From the human T2T-CHM13v2.0 reference genome, Homo sapiens: a stretch of 64,000 nt of DNA. This document shows positions 46,540-62,846 of this stretch, piece after piece. Position 1 is the first letter of the stretch. Each line of letters begins with the position of its first letter. Made by a program: the position numbers and the translations under genes. The notes under the pieces are model-generated. The model saw only the letters and a program-made list of their open reading frames with translations, ran no database searches and had not been told where the DNA came from. The stretch lies in assembly GCF_009914755.1 (NCBI RefSeq), contig NC_060928.1, one strand, 5' to 3'.

Positions 46540-47880
46540 AAGTTTTATTTTACATCATCTTTTTTACTTACACAGAAATTGTCAAAAAAAAGCAGAGATT
46601 TCCCATGTAGCTGCAACCTAGTTTCCTCTCTTATTAACATCTTCTATCAGTGTGTCTCACATGGCTTATTAATATCTTACATAATTTGTCACAGTTAATG
46701 AACCAATACTGATAGACTATTATTAACCGAAGTTCATATTTCATTTGGATTCCCTTAGTTCTATCTTACTCTGACCCAGGATCCCATCCAGGATCCCACA
46801 TGACATGTAGACATCACGTGGGCTCTTCCTGGCTGTGACAGTGTGTCAGGCTTTCCATCTCATGATGACCTTCATAGCACTGAGGAGGATTGGTCAGGAA
46901 TGTTGTAGAATGTCCCCCATTGTCACTTCATGTTCTCAAGGTGAACTGTCACCTTTGATGTTCACTTGGATCATTTGGCAGAGCTAATGTTTGTCAGGTT
47001 TCTCCACTGTGAGGCTATTTCTCCTCCTTGTCCGTACTGCATGTGTTCTTTTGGAGCAAGTCACTATGCAGAGCCTCACTCCGTAAGGAGTTGGCTCCAC
47101 CTTCTTGACGGCTGAGTGTCTACATCAATTATTTGGAATTCTTTTGCAAAGGAGATTTCTATGCAACTCCATTTGCTTATTCACCGAGGTATACAAATAC
47201 AGACACCTAGATAATTACTTTAAGCTTTAGTTATTATTCAACTCTACAGTATTATGTTGCACAATTCATTCCTGTGTTGGCCATCAGTAGCTGTTTTTAT
47301 TGGCTCTTATTTTTCTTTGATATGTTTTAATTTTTTTAGTACTTACTTTCTGATACTTCCAGATTATCCTGGTTCCTATATTTACTGTCCCAGTTCTAGT
47401 ATCAGACATTTCTTCAAAGAGCCTGATTCCTTTCAGAATGGTAGGAAAACTTACATCTGGCTGCTGAATGAGCACATTGTATCTTCTCCCTCATTGGCAA
47501 TGCTAGGAAGTATATGTGTGTGTCTAACCTACCTATACACACCTAATTATAAAGTTTTCTATGTAGAACTGTGTGTGTCTATATTAAACTAAACATAAGT
47601 TTACGTTGATGTCTCCACCTCTGATCTACTATCACATGAATCATTCTAGCCTTCTCGCCTTGCTATTTGTAACCTCCCACTTCAACAGTAAGAAACCTGG
47701 TTCCCACCATCTGCGACTTATGTAAGTCATTGTTTTATTCCAGATACAGACACTGTGGTTTTACAATTGTTCACAATTGCTTCTGTTGGAAAGAACTTTA
47801 TAAAATGGAATCCAATAATGAAGTATAGTTCATGTGCCTTCAGCCTACAGATTCTATTCATTTTCAAAGTTTTTACCTAG
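46540..47880 (-). mobile_element. Ancient L1M 3'-end fragments (boundaries approximate)
   Basis: Motifs such as CAGGATCCCATCCAGGATCCCACA and TTGTCAGGTTTCTCCACTGT, typical of reverse L1MC/L1MD 3' UTRs. Confidence 0.45.
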
Positions 47881-47885
47881 ATTTG

Positions 47886-48329
47886 TGTCTTAGTCCATTT
47901 TGTGCTTCTGTAACAGAATACCTGAGGCTGCGTAATTTATAAGTAAAAAAGTTTCATTTGGTTCACAATACTGGTGGCTGGAATGTCTGAGATTGGGCAG
48001 TTGCATCTGGCAGGGCCTCAGTCTTTTTCACCTCATGGTGGAAAGTGGAAGGGGAGCAAGGGGTGCACCAGAGATCACATAGCAGAAGTGAAAGCAAGAG
48101 GGAAGCCAAGGAAGCCAGACTCTTTTTAATTACCTACTCCTGCAGGAATTATCTATTCCTGTGAGAACAGAACTCACTCACCCCCATGGAGGACATTAAT
48201 CTATTCATGAGGGATCCGTCCCCATGATCCAAACACCATCCACTAGGCCCCACCGCCCCACACTGACACAGTGGGAGTCAAATTTCAACATGAGTTTTTG
48301 TGGGGACAAACCACATCCAAACCATAGTA
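47886..48329 (-). mobile_element. MST-family MaLR solo LTR
   Basis: TGTCTTAGTCCATTTTGTGC...AAATTTCAACATGAGTTTTTGTGGGGACAAACCACATCCAAACCATAG. Confidence 0.75.
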
Positions 48330-48974
48330 ATTTGTAGCATAAATTCTTTTTCACATGATGTATTCTGTCCTGGGATACTCCACATCCTGAGTAATTTGAT
48401 TTAATTTGAATAGAGTTTGCTTTAACCATTTGGCTGTAAAATTCTGCATATTTCGACAAATGCATTGTGGCAGATAACCCACTATTAAAGTATCAAATGG
48501 AATGCCTCAAACCCCCACCCCATGGAGCCAATGGCTTCCCATCTGTGTAGTTTGCCTTCTCCAGTGTCTCATTAAATGAGGTCACACTGTGTGTATCCTC
48601 CTCAGACTGTCTTCTTCCACTTAGCAATGTGCATGCAAGATTCACTCATGTCTTTGTGTGTGTTGATATCTTGTTCCTTTCTATGGCTAAATAGTATTCC
48701 ATTACATGAATGTAGCACAATTTGGTTATGCATTTTGGGGAGCAGAACCTTCCTCTTCTAACTTTGTTCCAGGGTTGGAGACCTTCAAATCAACTGACAA
48801 TAGATACATTAGTAGGAGAGACAATACTTGGCTTCTTGTTCCCCAGGTATCATTGTGGGACAAAATTCATCAGATGGCAGGATCCAGTTTACAAAGAGGT
48901 AAAAATAGCCCCGAAACAAGAAACAAGACTAGAATCTGATAACTCACAATGGCTATAGTTTTCCTTTAAAAAAA

Positions 48975-49240
48975 TTTTTTTTGAGACAGGGTCTGTCTCT
49001 GTCGCCCAGGCTGGAGTGCAAAGGTGCAATCTCAGCTCACTGCAACCTCTACCTCCTGGGTGCAAACGATCCTCCCTCCTCAGCCTCCTGATTACCTGGG
49101 ACTACAGGCACATGCCGTCATGCCCATCTAATTTTTGTATTTTTGGTAGAGACGGGGTTTCACCATGTCGCCCAGGCTGATGTTGAACTCCTGGCCTTCC
49201 AAAGGGCTGTAATTATAGGCATGTGCCACCATGCCCGGCT
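48975..49240 (-). mobile_element. AluJ-like SINE with internal deletion
   Basis: TTTTGAGACAGGGTCT...CGATCCTCCCTCCTCAGCC; the left arm is shortened. Confidence 0.85.
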
Positions 49241-49244
49241 GTGT

Positions 49245-51259
<2,015 letters not shown>

Positions 51260-51996
51260 ACAACATTTAAAGTAATAATTGGAATTATGACTCATTACTC
51301 TATAGTGGCACATAGCATGGATAAGGAGGACATTGACAAACTTCCAGGAATTTTATATAATTTCTGAAAACATAACATTTTACCCATACAAATATAACAC
51401 AGGGAAGGTTAGGTATCTCTTTTTATTTGTATCTTCTGTATGGTTTTCCTTATAAAAAATGCAACCTACTTTACTTGCGAAACATGCCCTACTTTTCTTG
51501 CATGCTTTGCATAGAGTTGTTTCTAGTTATTCTATTATTTCTAGTAGTTTTATTTACATATATTGATTATAATTTTAATACTTAGTAATCTTTTATTTTT
51601 CCAGAGAAAACTAGGAAGTAGACAGTTATAAACTGTCATATATTAGCATTCTATAGTAGGTTAGAAAATGTATGAATATACCATCTCCCAACATCTAGAG
51701 GGATGTGTTTCCTCATAATACAATTCCTCAGTGTGGCAGAAAAAAACATGTTTATTAACGGGCCAAAATATCTTTAGTCTCTCTGTAAAAATAGGAAGCC
51801 AAAAGTATATAAACTTGAATTATTTATGTTCAGTAATTAATGTTTTAGTATTGTATCTTATTTATAAATGGTCTAGATATTTAATGCAAATCTTTTACAT
51901 AGCTTAACTTTAAGGTTAAAAATTACCAAAAGTACTTTGGAAACTATTCTTAGGCAGATTTACTGTAAACAAATTATTTTTGAAATAATGTTTTTC

Positions 51997-52529
51997 GCTT
52001 TTCACAAGATGGCACCGAAAGCGAAGGAAGCTCCTGCTCCTCCTAAAGCCGAAGCCAAAGCGAAGGCTTTAAAGGCCAAGAAGGCAGTGTTGAAAGGTGT
52101 CCGCAGCCACACGCAAAAAAGAAGATCCGCATGTCACTCACCTTCAGGCGGCCCAAGACACTGCGACTCCGGAGGCAGCCCAGATATCCTCAGAAGAGCA
52201 CCCACAGGAGAAACAAGCTTGGCCACTATGCTATCATCAAGTTTCCGCTGACCACTGAGTCGGCCGTGAAGAAGATAGAAGAAAACAACACGCTTGTGTT
52301 CACTGTGGATGTTAAAGCCAACAAGCACCAGATCAGACAGGCTGTGAAGAAGCTCTATGACAGTGATGTGGCCAAGGTCACCACCCTGATTTGTCCTGAT
52401 AAAGAGAAGAAGGCATATGTTCGACTTGCTCCTGATTATGATGCTTTCGATGTTGTAACAAAATTGGGATCACCTAAACTGAGTCCAGCTGGCTAACTCT
52501 AAATATATGTGTATCTTTTCAGCATAAAA
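51997..52529 (+). pseudogene. RPL23AP: RPL23A processed pseudogene (subtelomeric RPL23AP family), frameshifted
   Basis: ATG at 52009 gives [31 protein letters not shown]. After a frameshift near 52115: [17 protein letters not shown]...[13 protein letters not shown]. Intronless, short A tail, perfect 14-bp TSD AAATAATGTTTTTC at 51983-51996 and 52530-52543. Confidence 0.95.
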
Positions 52530-52982
52530 AAATAATGTTTTTCATAAGAATGACAACTTAATTAGAATCAAATCTATAAGCTTTAAGATTTTACGTTTCT
52601 AGTAAGTATAATATTAGCTTATTTGACTAGAACTCAAGCAGAATAGGAATTTATGCTTGTTTTATATTCAATAATGATAATTTTGAAGATATAGTTGTTT
52701 TATTACACCAAAAATACTATATTAATCTTATTTAACTAAGTTTTATCCAAATCATGTTAACTTAAGAAACATTTGATCAGTTCCTATATTTCTAGGAGTT
52801 TGGTGAATATTTATTTATAAATGCTTATTTTTTTTCCAAGCCAAGTTAGAATAGAGCACTTTTAGAGGATTTCATAAATGAATTTTGCAATGCTCTCTGG
52901 AGTTCAGAAAATATCACATATACATAACATACATTAATAGATATACAAACACAAATAGAGATTTCATAGCTTTCATCCTGAA

Positions 52983-54653
52983 ATTTCAGCCATGAATCAG
53001 GCATAAATATTCTGATGGTTAATTTCAGACATCTACTTGATCGGATTGAGAGACACACATAGCTGGTCAAACACGATTTCAGCCATGAATCAGGCATAAA
53101 TATTCTGATGGTTAATTTTAGCCATCTACTTGACTGGATTAAGAGACACACATAGCTGGTCAAACATGATTTCAGCCATGAATCAGGCATAAATATTCTG
53201 ATGGTTAATTTCAGACATCTACTTGAGTGGATTAAGAGACACACATAGCTGGTCAAACACAATTTCAGCCATGAATCAGGCATAAATATTCTGACGGTTA
53301 ATTTTAGACATCTACTTGATGGGATTGAGAGACACACATAGCTGGTCAAACACGATTTCAGCCATGAATCAGGCATAAATATTCTGATGGTTAATTTTAG
53401 ACATCTACTTGAGTGGATTGAGAGACACACATAGCTGATCAAACACAATTTCAGCCATGAATCAGGCATAAATATTCTGACGGTTAATTTTAGACATCTA
53501 CTTGACTGGATTAAGAGACACCCATAGCTGGTCAAACACGATTTCAGCCATGAATCAGGCATACGTATTCTGACGGTTAACTTTAGACATCTACTTGACT
53601 GGATTAAGAGACACACATAGCTGGTCAAACACGATTTCAGCCATGAATCAGGCATAAATATTCTGACGGTTAACTTTAGGCATCTACTTGATTGGATTGA
53701 GAGAGACACATAGCTGGTCAAACACAATTTCAGCCATGAATCAGGCATAAATATTCTGACGGTTAATTTTAGACATCTACTTGACTGGATTAAGGGACAC
53801 ACACAGCTGGTCAAACAATTTCAGCCATGAATCAGGCATAAATATTCTGACAGTTAATTTTAGACATCTACTTGAGTGGATTAAGAGACACACATAGCTG
53901 GTCAAACACGATTTCAGCCATGAATCAGGCATAAATATTCTGATGGTTAATTTTAGACATCTACTTGACTGGATTAAGAGACACACATAGCTGGTCAAAC
54001 AATTTCAGCCATGAATCAGGCATAAATATTCTGACAGTTAATTTTAGACATCTACTTGAGTGGATTAAGAGACACACATAGCTGGTCAAACACGATTTCA
54101 GCCATGAATCAGGCATAAATATTCTGATGGTTAATTTTAGACATCTACTTGACTGGATTAAGGGACACACACAGCTGGTCAAACAATTTCAGCCATGAAT
54201 CAGGCATAAATATTCTGACAGTTAATTTTAGACATCTACTTGAGTGGATTAAGAGACACACATAGCTGGTCAAACACGATTTCAGCCATGAATCAGGCAT
54301 AAATATTCTGATGGTTAATTTTAGACATCTACTTGACTGGATTAAGAGACACACATAGCTGGTCAAACAATTTCAGCCATGAATCAGGCATAAATATTCT
54401 GACAGTTAATTTTAGACATCTACTTGAGTGGATTAAGAGACACACATAGCTGGTCAAACACGATTTCAGCCATGAATCAGGCATAAATATTCTGATGGTT
54501 AATTGTAGACATCTACTTGACTGGATTGAGAGACACACATAGCTGGTCAAACACGATTTCAGCCATGAATCAGGCATAAATATTCTGACGGTTAATCGTA
54601 GACGTCTACTTGACTGGATTGAGAGACACACACAGCTGGGCAAACACGATTTC
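52983..54653 (+). repeat. Minisatellite/VNTR, 18 copies of a 93-bp (or 91-bp) unit
   Basis: Unit ATTTCAGCCATGAATCAGGCATAAATATTCTGATGGTTAATTTTAGACATCTACTTGACTGGATTAAGAGACACACATAGCTGGTCAAACACG. Confidence 0.97.
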
Positions 54654-55433
54654 TGGGCATATCTATGAGGGTGTTTCTGGAAGACACTGAGATAACCATG
54701 ACCCAATGTGGATGGGCACTGATATGGTTTGGCTGTGTCCCCACCCAGATCTCATCTTGAATTGTAGTTCCTGTAATACCTACATGTCGTGGGAGGGACC
54801 CAATGGGAGGTGACTGAATCATGGTGGTGGTTACTGCCATGCTGTTCTCATGACAGTGAGTGAGTTCTCATGATCTGATGGTTTTATAAGGGGCTTTTCC
54901 CCTTTGGCTCAGCACTTCTTGTTGCTGCCATGTGAAGAGGGATAGCTTTGCTTCCCCTTCTGCCATGATTGTGAGGCCCCTGCAGCCATGTGGAACTGTC
55001 AGCCCATTAAACCCCTTTGTTCTTTATAAATTGCTCAGACTCAGGTATTTCTTCATAGCTGTATAAAAATGGATGAATACAGGCAGAATCCAATTGGTTG
55101 AGAGTCCAGATAGAATAACAAGGAAGAGGAAAGGTGAATTATCTCCTTCTGAAATGGAAACATCCTTCTTCTCCTGCCCTTGACATCAGAACTTCAGGGT
55201 CTCAGACCTTTGGCCTCACAATCAGAGTTACACCATTGGCTTCCCCGATTCTGAGTCCTTTGTATCTGGAGTGAGCCATGCTACCAGCTTTCCTGGTTCT
55301 CCAACTTGGAGACAGGCTATTGTGGAACTTCTCAGCCTCCATAATTATGTGAACCAGTTCCCCTAATGAATCTTCTCTCATCTGTCTACATATATCCTAT
55401 TGATTCTGCCTTTCTGGAGACCCCTGACTAATG
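54585..55433 (+). mobile_element. MLT2-family (ERVL) solo LTR, interrupted by a THE1 LTR
   Basis: TGA(C/T)GGTTAAT...CTTGACTGG...ATTTCTGGGCATATCTATGAGGGTGTTTCTGGAAGA. Resumes after 55081 with CTCCTGCCCTTGACATCAGAAC...CTCAGCCTCCATAAT...CCTGACTAAT. Confidence 0.75.
54720..55081 (+). mobile_element. THE1-family MaLR solo LTR
   Basis: TGATATGGTTTGGCTGTGTCCCCACCCAGATCTCATCTTGAATTG...GAATACA. TG..CA ends; 5-bp flanks GGCAC and GGCAG. Confidence 0.88.
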
Positions 55434-56515
55434 TGATTACAATAACTACACAATTCACTAGTTTATATAGAAGACTTGGTTTTTGTCTTTGCCCCATTTT
55501 ATATTTGTATTATAACTATGTATCTGGAAAATGGAACAAGTTTTTTCTTCTTCATATGAGGGCTAAGGCTTTTTTCTCACCAATATTTTTGGAGATTTTA
55601 AAAATTTTCTTTTTTTTTGACATAGAATCTTATGGAGGCTGAGAAATAATTTTTTTTCTATTTTATTCTTCAGCCCCAGGTGTTTGCTTTTGCAGATTCT
55701 TGAGCACATTGAGAGCCTCCAAGGCATGGAGTGGGGTGCCTGAAGTTTCAGTGATTATAGGGAGTTGAGAGACTCAACTGGGAAAGGAAAGGTCTAAAAG
55801 GAGGCAATTTGGAAGATAAAAATTTTCTCAAAGGAGCCATTAAGGTTGTAAATAATTCTTAGTAAAGTCATGCAAACAGGAAAAGAAGTAGAATTAGTTC
55901 CATATTGGTGGAACACATAGTCAGCAGAGGTTTGAGAAGGGAGAATTTAGTGAACTGAGAAGTTCCCATGAAAGCAGCAAGATCAAGATCACAGAGACAC
56001 CTTGAAACAAAAAGCCAGGAATAACTTCCAACCCAAGAGGAGAACAGAGAGGCCTCAAAACCAAAGCTAGGATAAGAAACTTGTAGCCCAAGAGTTATCT
56101 TCCAGACAAAGAAGCCTGAGATTCCAACGCAGCTTCAGAGAGTGCTCACTCAAAATGTTACTGAAACTGTAGGCTTTTTAACGACTTAGCCATGCCTGCA
56201 AAAGGCATTCCCTAAGGTGGCACAGAAGACGGAGCCCCCATATCCAAAGATAGCCAAGGAGAAAGAAAGACCCCTGTTGCCAGAGCCAGTGGGCAAAGGC
56301 AACAGAAAAGGAGACAAGGGTCCTAATGGGATGAGATCCTTTCGGATTTAGGCTTATACAAACTCCTGAGAACTGGCAGGTTGACAGCCATAAATGGGGT
56401 ACCAAACTTTCTACTCATTGGATTACAAGTTCTCAGGCATCCAGAATGATTAACAAAATGACAATTTCTAGGGCTTCTGTGGGAGAGTATGGAAAGGTCT
56501 TTTTGAACCTTTTAA

Positions 56516-57519
<1,004 letters not shown>

Positions 57520-58469
57520 ATGCTAATGGGAAAGAGTACGCTGTCTTCATGGCAGCTGAATTTGCAAGAAACTCCTTGGATGGGGTTAATGGCAGCTGTA
57601 TTTTTCTGGGAGCTGTGCTTTAATTGGATAAAGTAAGTTCTGGTAAGATTTCTTCATCTTCAGTATCTCAAATGTTTTCATTTAAATAATCTTTATAACA
57701 ACTTTTGATGTCTGAGTGGATTCCCACACAGTCATCTATTGTAAGACTTTCTGATTCCTTTTTTTTCCTTTGGTCATTATGAATAGGGCTTCTGTAAATA
57801 ACTGCATGGTAGCTTTTGATGGGAAATAACATCAAAGTAGTTGTCAAAATACCTAGGAATGTTATTTTTGGATTGTAAGGTGAGACTTGTTTAGCTTTGG
57901 AAAAAAATGCCCAACTTGTAATAGGGGAGGAAAAATAATTTTCTGTTTTTGGAATTCTTAGATGGAACGCTCTGTAAAAACTGACAGATTAAAATGAGAA
58001 AAAGAGAAAAGTTTAAAAACATGTATATCTTATGGTTACATGGGAGATACTCAGGGAAAAATGAGTAAATCTCCAACAGGTGGCTTTCAATTCAAGCATA
58101 AATACTATCTTCAACTTAAAGAAAGAAGATTTGAGGTGCAGTAGTGGGGAGTTAACCAGCAAAAGCACATTAGACAAGGGTAAGGTTCGTTATACAGACT
58201 TAAGTCCATGCATTCTCCATTGATAAGACTCTTCAGTGATTTAGTTATCCTTCTCTTCTTGGTGTCGAGAGAGGTAGCTTTTAAATGGTGATTTCCTTTA
58301 TAGATGTAAATTTTCCTTACACAAGTAACTTCTACTCTATTTTCACAACTTCCTTTGTTAGCATTTTTTTTTTTCAAAATAATTAGCTTGGAATAATTCT
58401 TAAGCCAAAGGGACATATTTTGGGGTTGCATATTCTGGTTTCCTACCATTATATTTTGGGGTGGCATAG

Positions 58470-59095
58470 TTTGGCCTTATACACTGTGTTCCACTGGCAA
58501 TGAAAAGAGTTCTTGTTTTTCCTCCAGCAATTTGTCATTTGTTAAAGAGCTTAGCAGTTCTAAGAGATATAGACCAGCTGTGCTATCTTTTTGTGGTTTT
58601 CAGTTCTCTAGTATGTTGAGCATCTTTTTGTAAGTGTACTTGCCATCTGTAGATCTTCTTTGGTGAAGTGTCTGTTCAGATCTGTGTGCATTTTTAATTG
58701 GGTTGTTTAACTTATCGTTTAGTTTTAACAATTTTTTATATATTTTGAATACAAATTCTCAGATCTGTATTTTGCAAATATTTTCTTCAATATGTGGCTT
58801 GTCTTTTTGTTCTCTTGACAAGGTCTCTTCCAGAGTATAAACTGTAAATATTAAGAAATCCACATTGTCATTTCTTCTGTGTATATCAACCTTCTGTGTC
58901 ATTTGTTAAAATTCATTACCAAACGCAAAGGCACACAGCTTTTCCTCTATAGTTTCTTCTAGAAATTGTATAGTTTTGCATTTTTAGTGTAAGGATGATT
59001 TTGAGTGATTATTTGTGTAAGTTGTAAAGTTTTCATCTACATGCATATCATTTCTTATGGTTTCCAATTAATCATTCCCTCACTATTTTTGGGAA
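58470..59095 (-). mobile_element. Ancient L1 fragment (boundaries approximate)
   Basis: GTTGAGCATCTTTT...GAAGTGTCTGTTCAGATC...TTTGCAAATATTTTCT are reverse L1 ORF2-end motifs. Confidence 0.7.
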
Positions 59096-59115
59096 AGACA
59101 CAGGATAGTGGGCTC

Positions 59116-60190
<1,075 letters not shown>

Positions 60191-60269
60191 GGGACATCAG
60201 CTCTCCGCAGTAATAGCTCCTTTTCAGTTTTAATTTACAGAACTGATGGGGATTAATAACTGGCGCTCT

Positions 60270-61680
60270 GACTTTAAGTGTTGCAGGAGGTGGCCAGTAG
60301 GGGACGGCAGCCTTCACACCGGGAGCAAGAGTGCCCTGCGTAGTCCCCATGTGCCTGCATGTGGCGTGCAGCCACGACAATGCCAGCAAGAGGGCCCGGC
60401 ACTGTGCCCAGCTGCCAGCAGGCGGGTGTGCTGCCACTACAATGTGAGGAAGAGGGCTCTGCAATGTCCCTAGCTGCAAGCAGGCGGCGTGCCACCACTA
60501 TACTGCGAGCAAGAGAGCCCTGCCGTGCCCCGGCGCTAGCAGGGGGCGGTGGACACCACTGTAAACAAGAGGGCCCTGCAGTTGTCCTAGTCGCCAGTAG
60601 GGGGCGCAATGGCAGAGCACCGTGGGCAAGCTGGTCCTGTAGTGCCCGGCTGCAAGCAGGGGGCGCCGAAAACGGGCTTTTCAGATTACTCAGGTTCCAC
60701 TCGTCTCTGCGCCGCCGGGGACGTGTGTCTCTGCGCGTGCACCGCGCCACCCCCGCGCTCCCCGCCCGGCGGCGCGCGACTGTGCGACTGCAACACTCCC
60801 CGCCACCCTCAGCCGAGCGACGTGCGTCTCTGCGCCTGCGCTGCGCCTCACTCCCGCCCGCCCAGCGACCCCTCCCCTCCGGGGAGGCGCCGGCGTGCGT
60901 CTATGCCCTGCGCCGCGTCTCCCCAACAGCGCCGCGCCTCTCTGCGCCTGCGCCGGCGCGCCGCGCCTCTCTGCGCCTGCGCCGGCGCGCCGCGCCTCTC
61001 TGCGCCTGCGCCGGCGCGCCGCGCCTCTCTGCGCCTGCGCCGGCGCGCCGCGCCTCTCTGCGCCTGCGCCGGCGCGCCGCGCCTCTCTGCGCCTCCGCCG
61101 GCGCGCCGCGCCTCTCTGCGCCTCCGCCGGCGCGCCGCGCCTCTCTGCGCCTCCGCCGGCGCGCCGCCTTTGCGAGGGCGGAGTTGCGTTCTCTTTAGCA
61201 CACACCCGGAGAGCATCTCCAGGGCGGAGCTGCGTTCTTCTCTGCACAGACTTCGGGGGTATTGCGAAGGCGGAGCAGAGTTCTTCTCAGGTCAGACCTG
61301 GGCGGGCGGGCTGAGGGCACTGCGAGGGCGGAGCTGTGTTCTGTTCAGCACAGACCTGGGGGGTACCGTAAAGGCGGAGCAGCATTCTTCTCAGCACAGA
61401 CGTTGGGGGTACTGCATGGCTTTGGGACAACTCGGGGTTGCATCGACGGTGAATAAAATCTTTCCCGGTTGCTGCCCTGAATAATCAAGGTCACAGACCA
61501 GTTAGAATGGTTTAGTGTGGAAAGCGGGAAACGAAAAGCCTCTCTGAATCCTGCGCACCGAGATTCTCCCAAGGCAAGGCGAGGGGCTGTATTGCAGGGT
61601 TCAACTGCAGTGTCGCAACTCAAATGCAGCATTCCTAATGCACACATGACACCCAAAATATAACAGACATATTACTCATG
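60270..61680 (+). repeat. TAR1 telomere-associated repeat / subtelomeric CpG island (61-bp, 29-bp and CAGCACAGAC-type repeats); TERRA promoter-type region
   Basis: Degenerate ~61-bp GCAAGAGGGCCC..GCCAGCAGGGGGCG repeats (60290-60670), a 29-bp array, and GGCGGAG..GTTCT..CAGCACAGAC repeats (61170-61420), directly before the telomere. Confidence 0.9.
60929..61160 (+). repeat. 29-bp CpG-rich tandem repeat x8
   Basis: GCGCCGCGCCTCTCTGCGCCT(G/C)CGCCGGC: five G-type copies then three C-type copies. Confidence 0.95.
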
Positions 61681-62083
61681 GAGGGTGAGGGTGAGGGTCA
61701 GGGTTAGGGTTCCGGTTCGGGTTCGGGTTCGGGTTCGGGGGTAGGGGTTAGGGGTCAAGGTCACGGTCAGCGTCAGGGGTCAAGGTCAGGGTCAGGGGTT
61801 AGGGTTAGGGTTAGGGTTAGGGGTTAGGGTTAGGGTTAGGGTTAGGGTTAGGGGTTAGGGGTTAGGGTTAGGGTTAGGGTTAGGGTTAGGGTTAGGGTAG
61901 GGTTAGGGTTAGGGTTAGGGTTAGGGTTAGGGTTATGGGTTACAGTTAGGGTTAGGGTTAGGTTTTAGGGTTAGGGTTAGGGTTAGGGTTAGGGTTAGGG
62001 TTAGGGTTAGGGTAAGGGTTAGGGTTAGGGTTAGGGTTAGGGTTAGGGTTAGGGTAGGGTTAGGGTTAGGGTTAGGGTTAGGG

Positions 62084-62137
<54 letters not shown>

Positions 62138-62805
62138 GGTTAGGGTTAGGGTTAGGGTTAGGGTTAGGGTTAGGGTTAGGGTTAGGGTTAGGGGTAGGGG
62201 TAGGGGTAGGGGTAGGGGGTAGGGTTAGGGGTAGGGGTAGGGGTAGGGGTAGGGGTAGGGGTAGGGGTAGGGGTAGGGGTAGGGTTAGGGTTAGGGGTAG
62301 GGGTAGGGGTAGGGGTAGGGGTAGGGGTAGGGGTAGGGGTAGGGGTAGGGGTAGGGGTAGGGTTAGGGTAGGGTTAGGGTTAGGGTTAGGGTTAGGGTTA
62401 GGGTTAGGGTTAGGGTTAGGGTTAGGGTTAGGGTTAGGGTTAGGGTTAGGGTTAGGGTTAGGGTTAGGGTTAGGGTTAGGGTTAGGGTTAGGGTTAGGGT
62501 TAGGGTTAGGGTTAGGGTTAGGGTTAGGGTTAGGGTTAGGGTTAGGGTTAGGGTTAGGGTTAGGGTTAGGGTTAGGGTTAGGGTTAGGGTTAGGGTTAGG
62601 GTTAGGGTTAGGGTTAGGGTTAGGGTTAGGGTTAGGGTTAGGGTTAGGGTTAGGGTTAGGGTTAGGGTTAGGGTTAGGGTTAGGGTTAGGGTTAGGGTTA
62701 GGGTTAGGGTTAGGGTTAGGGTTAGGGTTAGGGTTAGGGTTAGGGTTAGGGTTAGGGTTAGGGTTAGGGTTAGGGTTAGGGTTAGGGTTAGGGTTAGGGT
62801 TAGGG

Positions 62806-62846
<41 letters not shown>

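Noticed and set aside
51937-52496. Functional RPL23A gene
   Set aside because: Frameshifted, diverged and intronless with a TSD: a processed pseudogene.
52846-53814. 322-aa minus-strand ORF with a 31-aa repeat
   Set aside because: A by-product of a 93-bp unit (a multiple of 3) lacking stops in one frame. It is broken by the 91-bp units and has no gene context.
60359-61484. ORFs of 279 and 291 aa in TAR1
   Set aside because: Translations of GC-rich 29-bp and 61-bp repeats.
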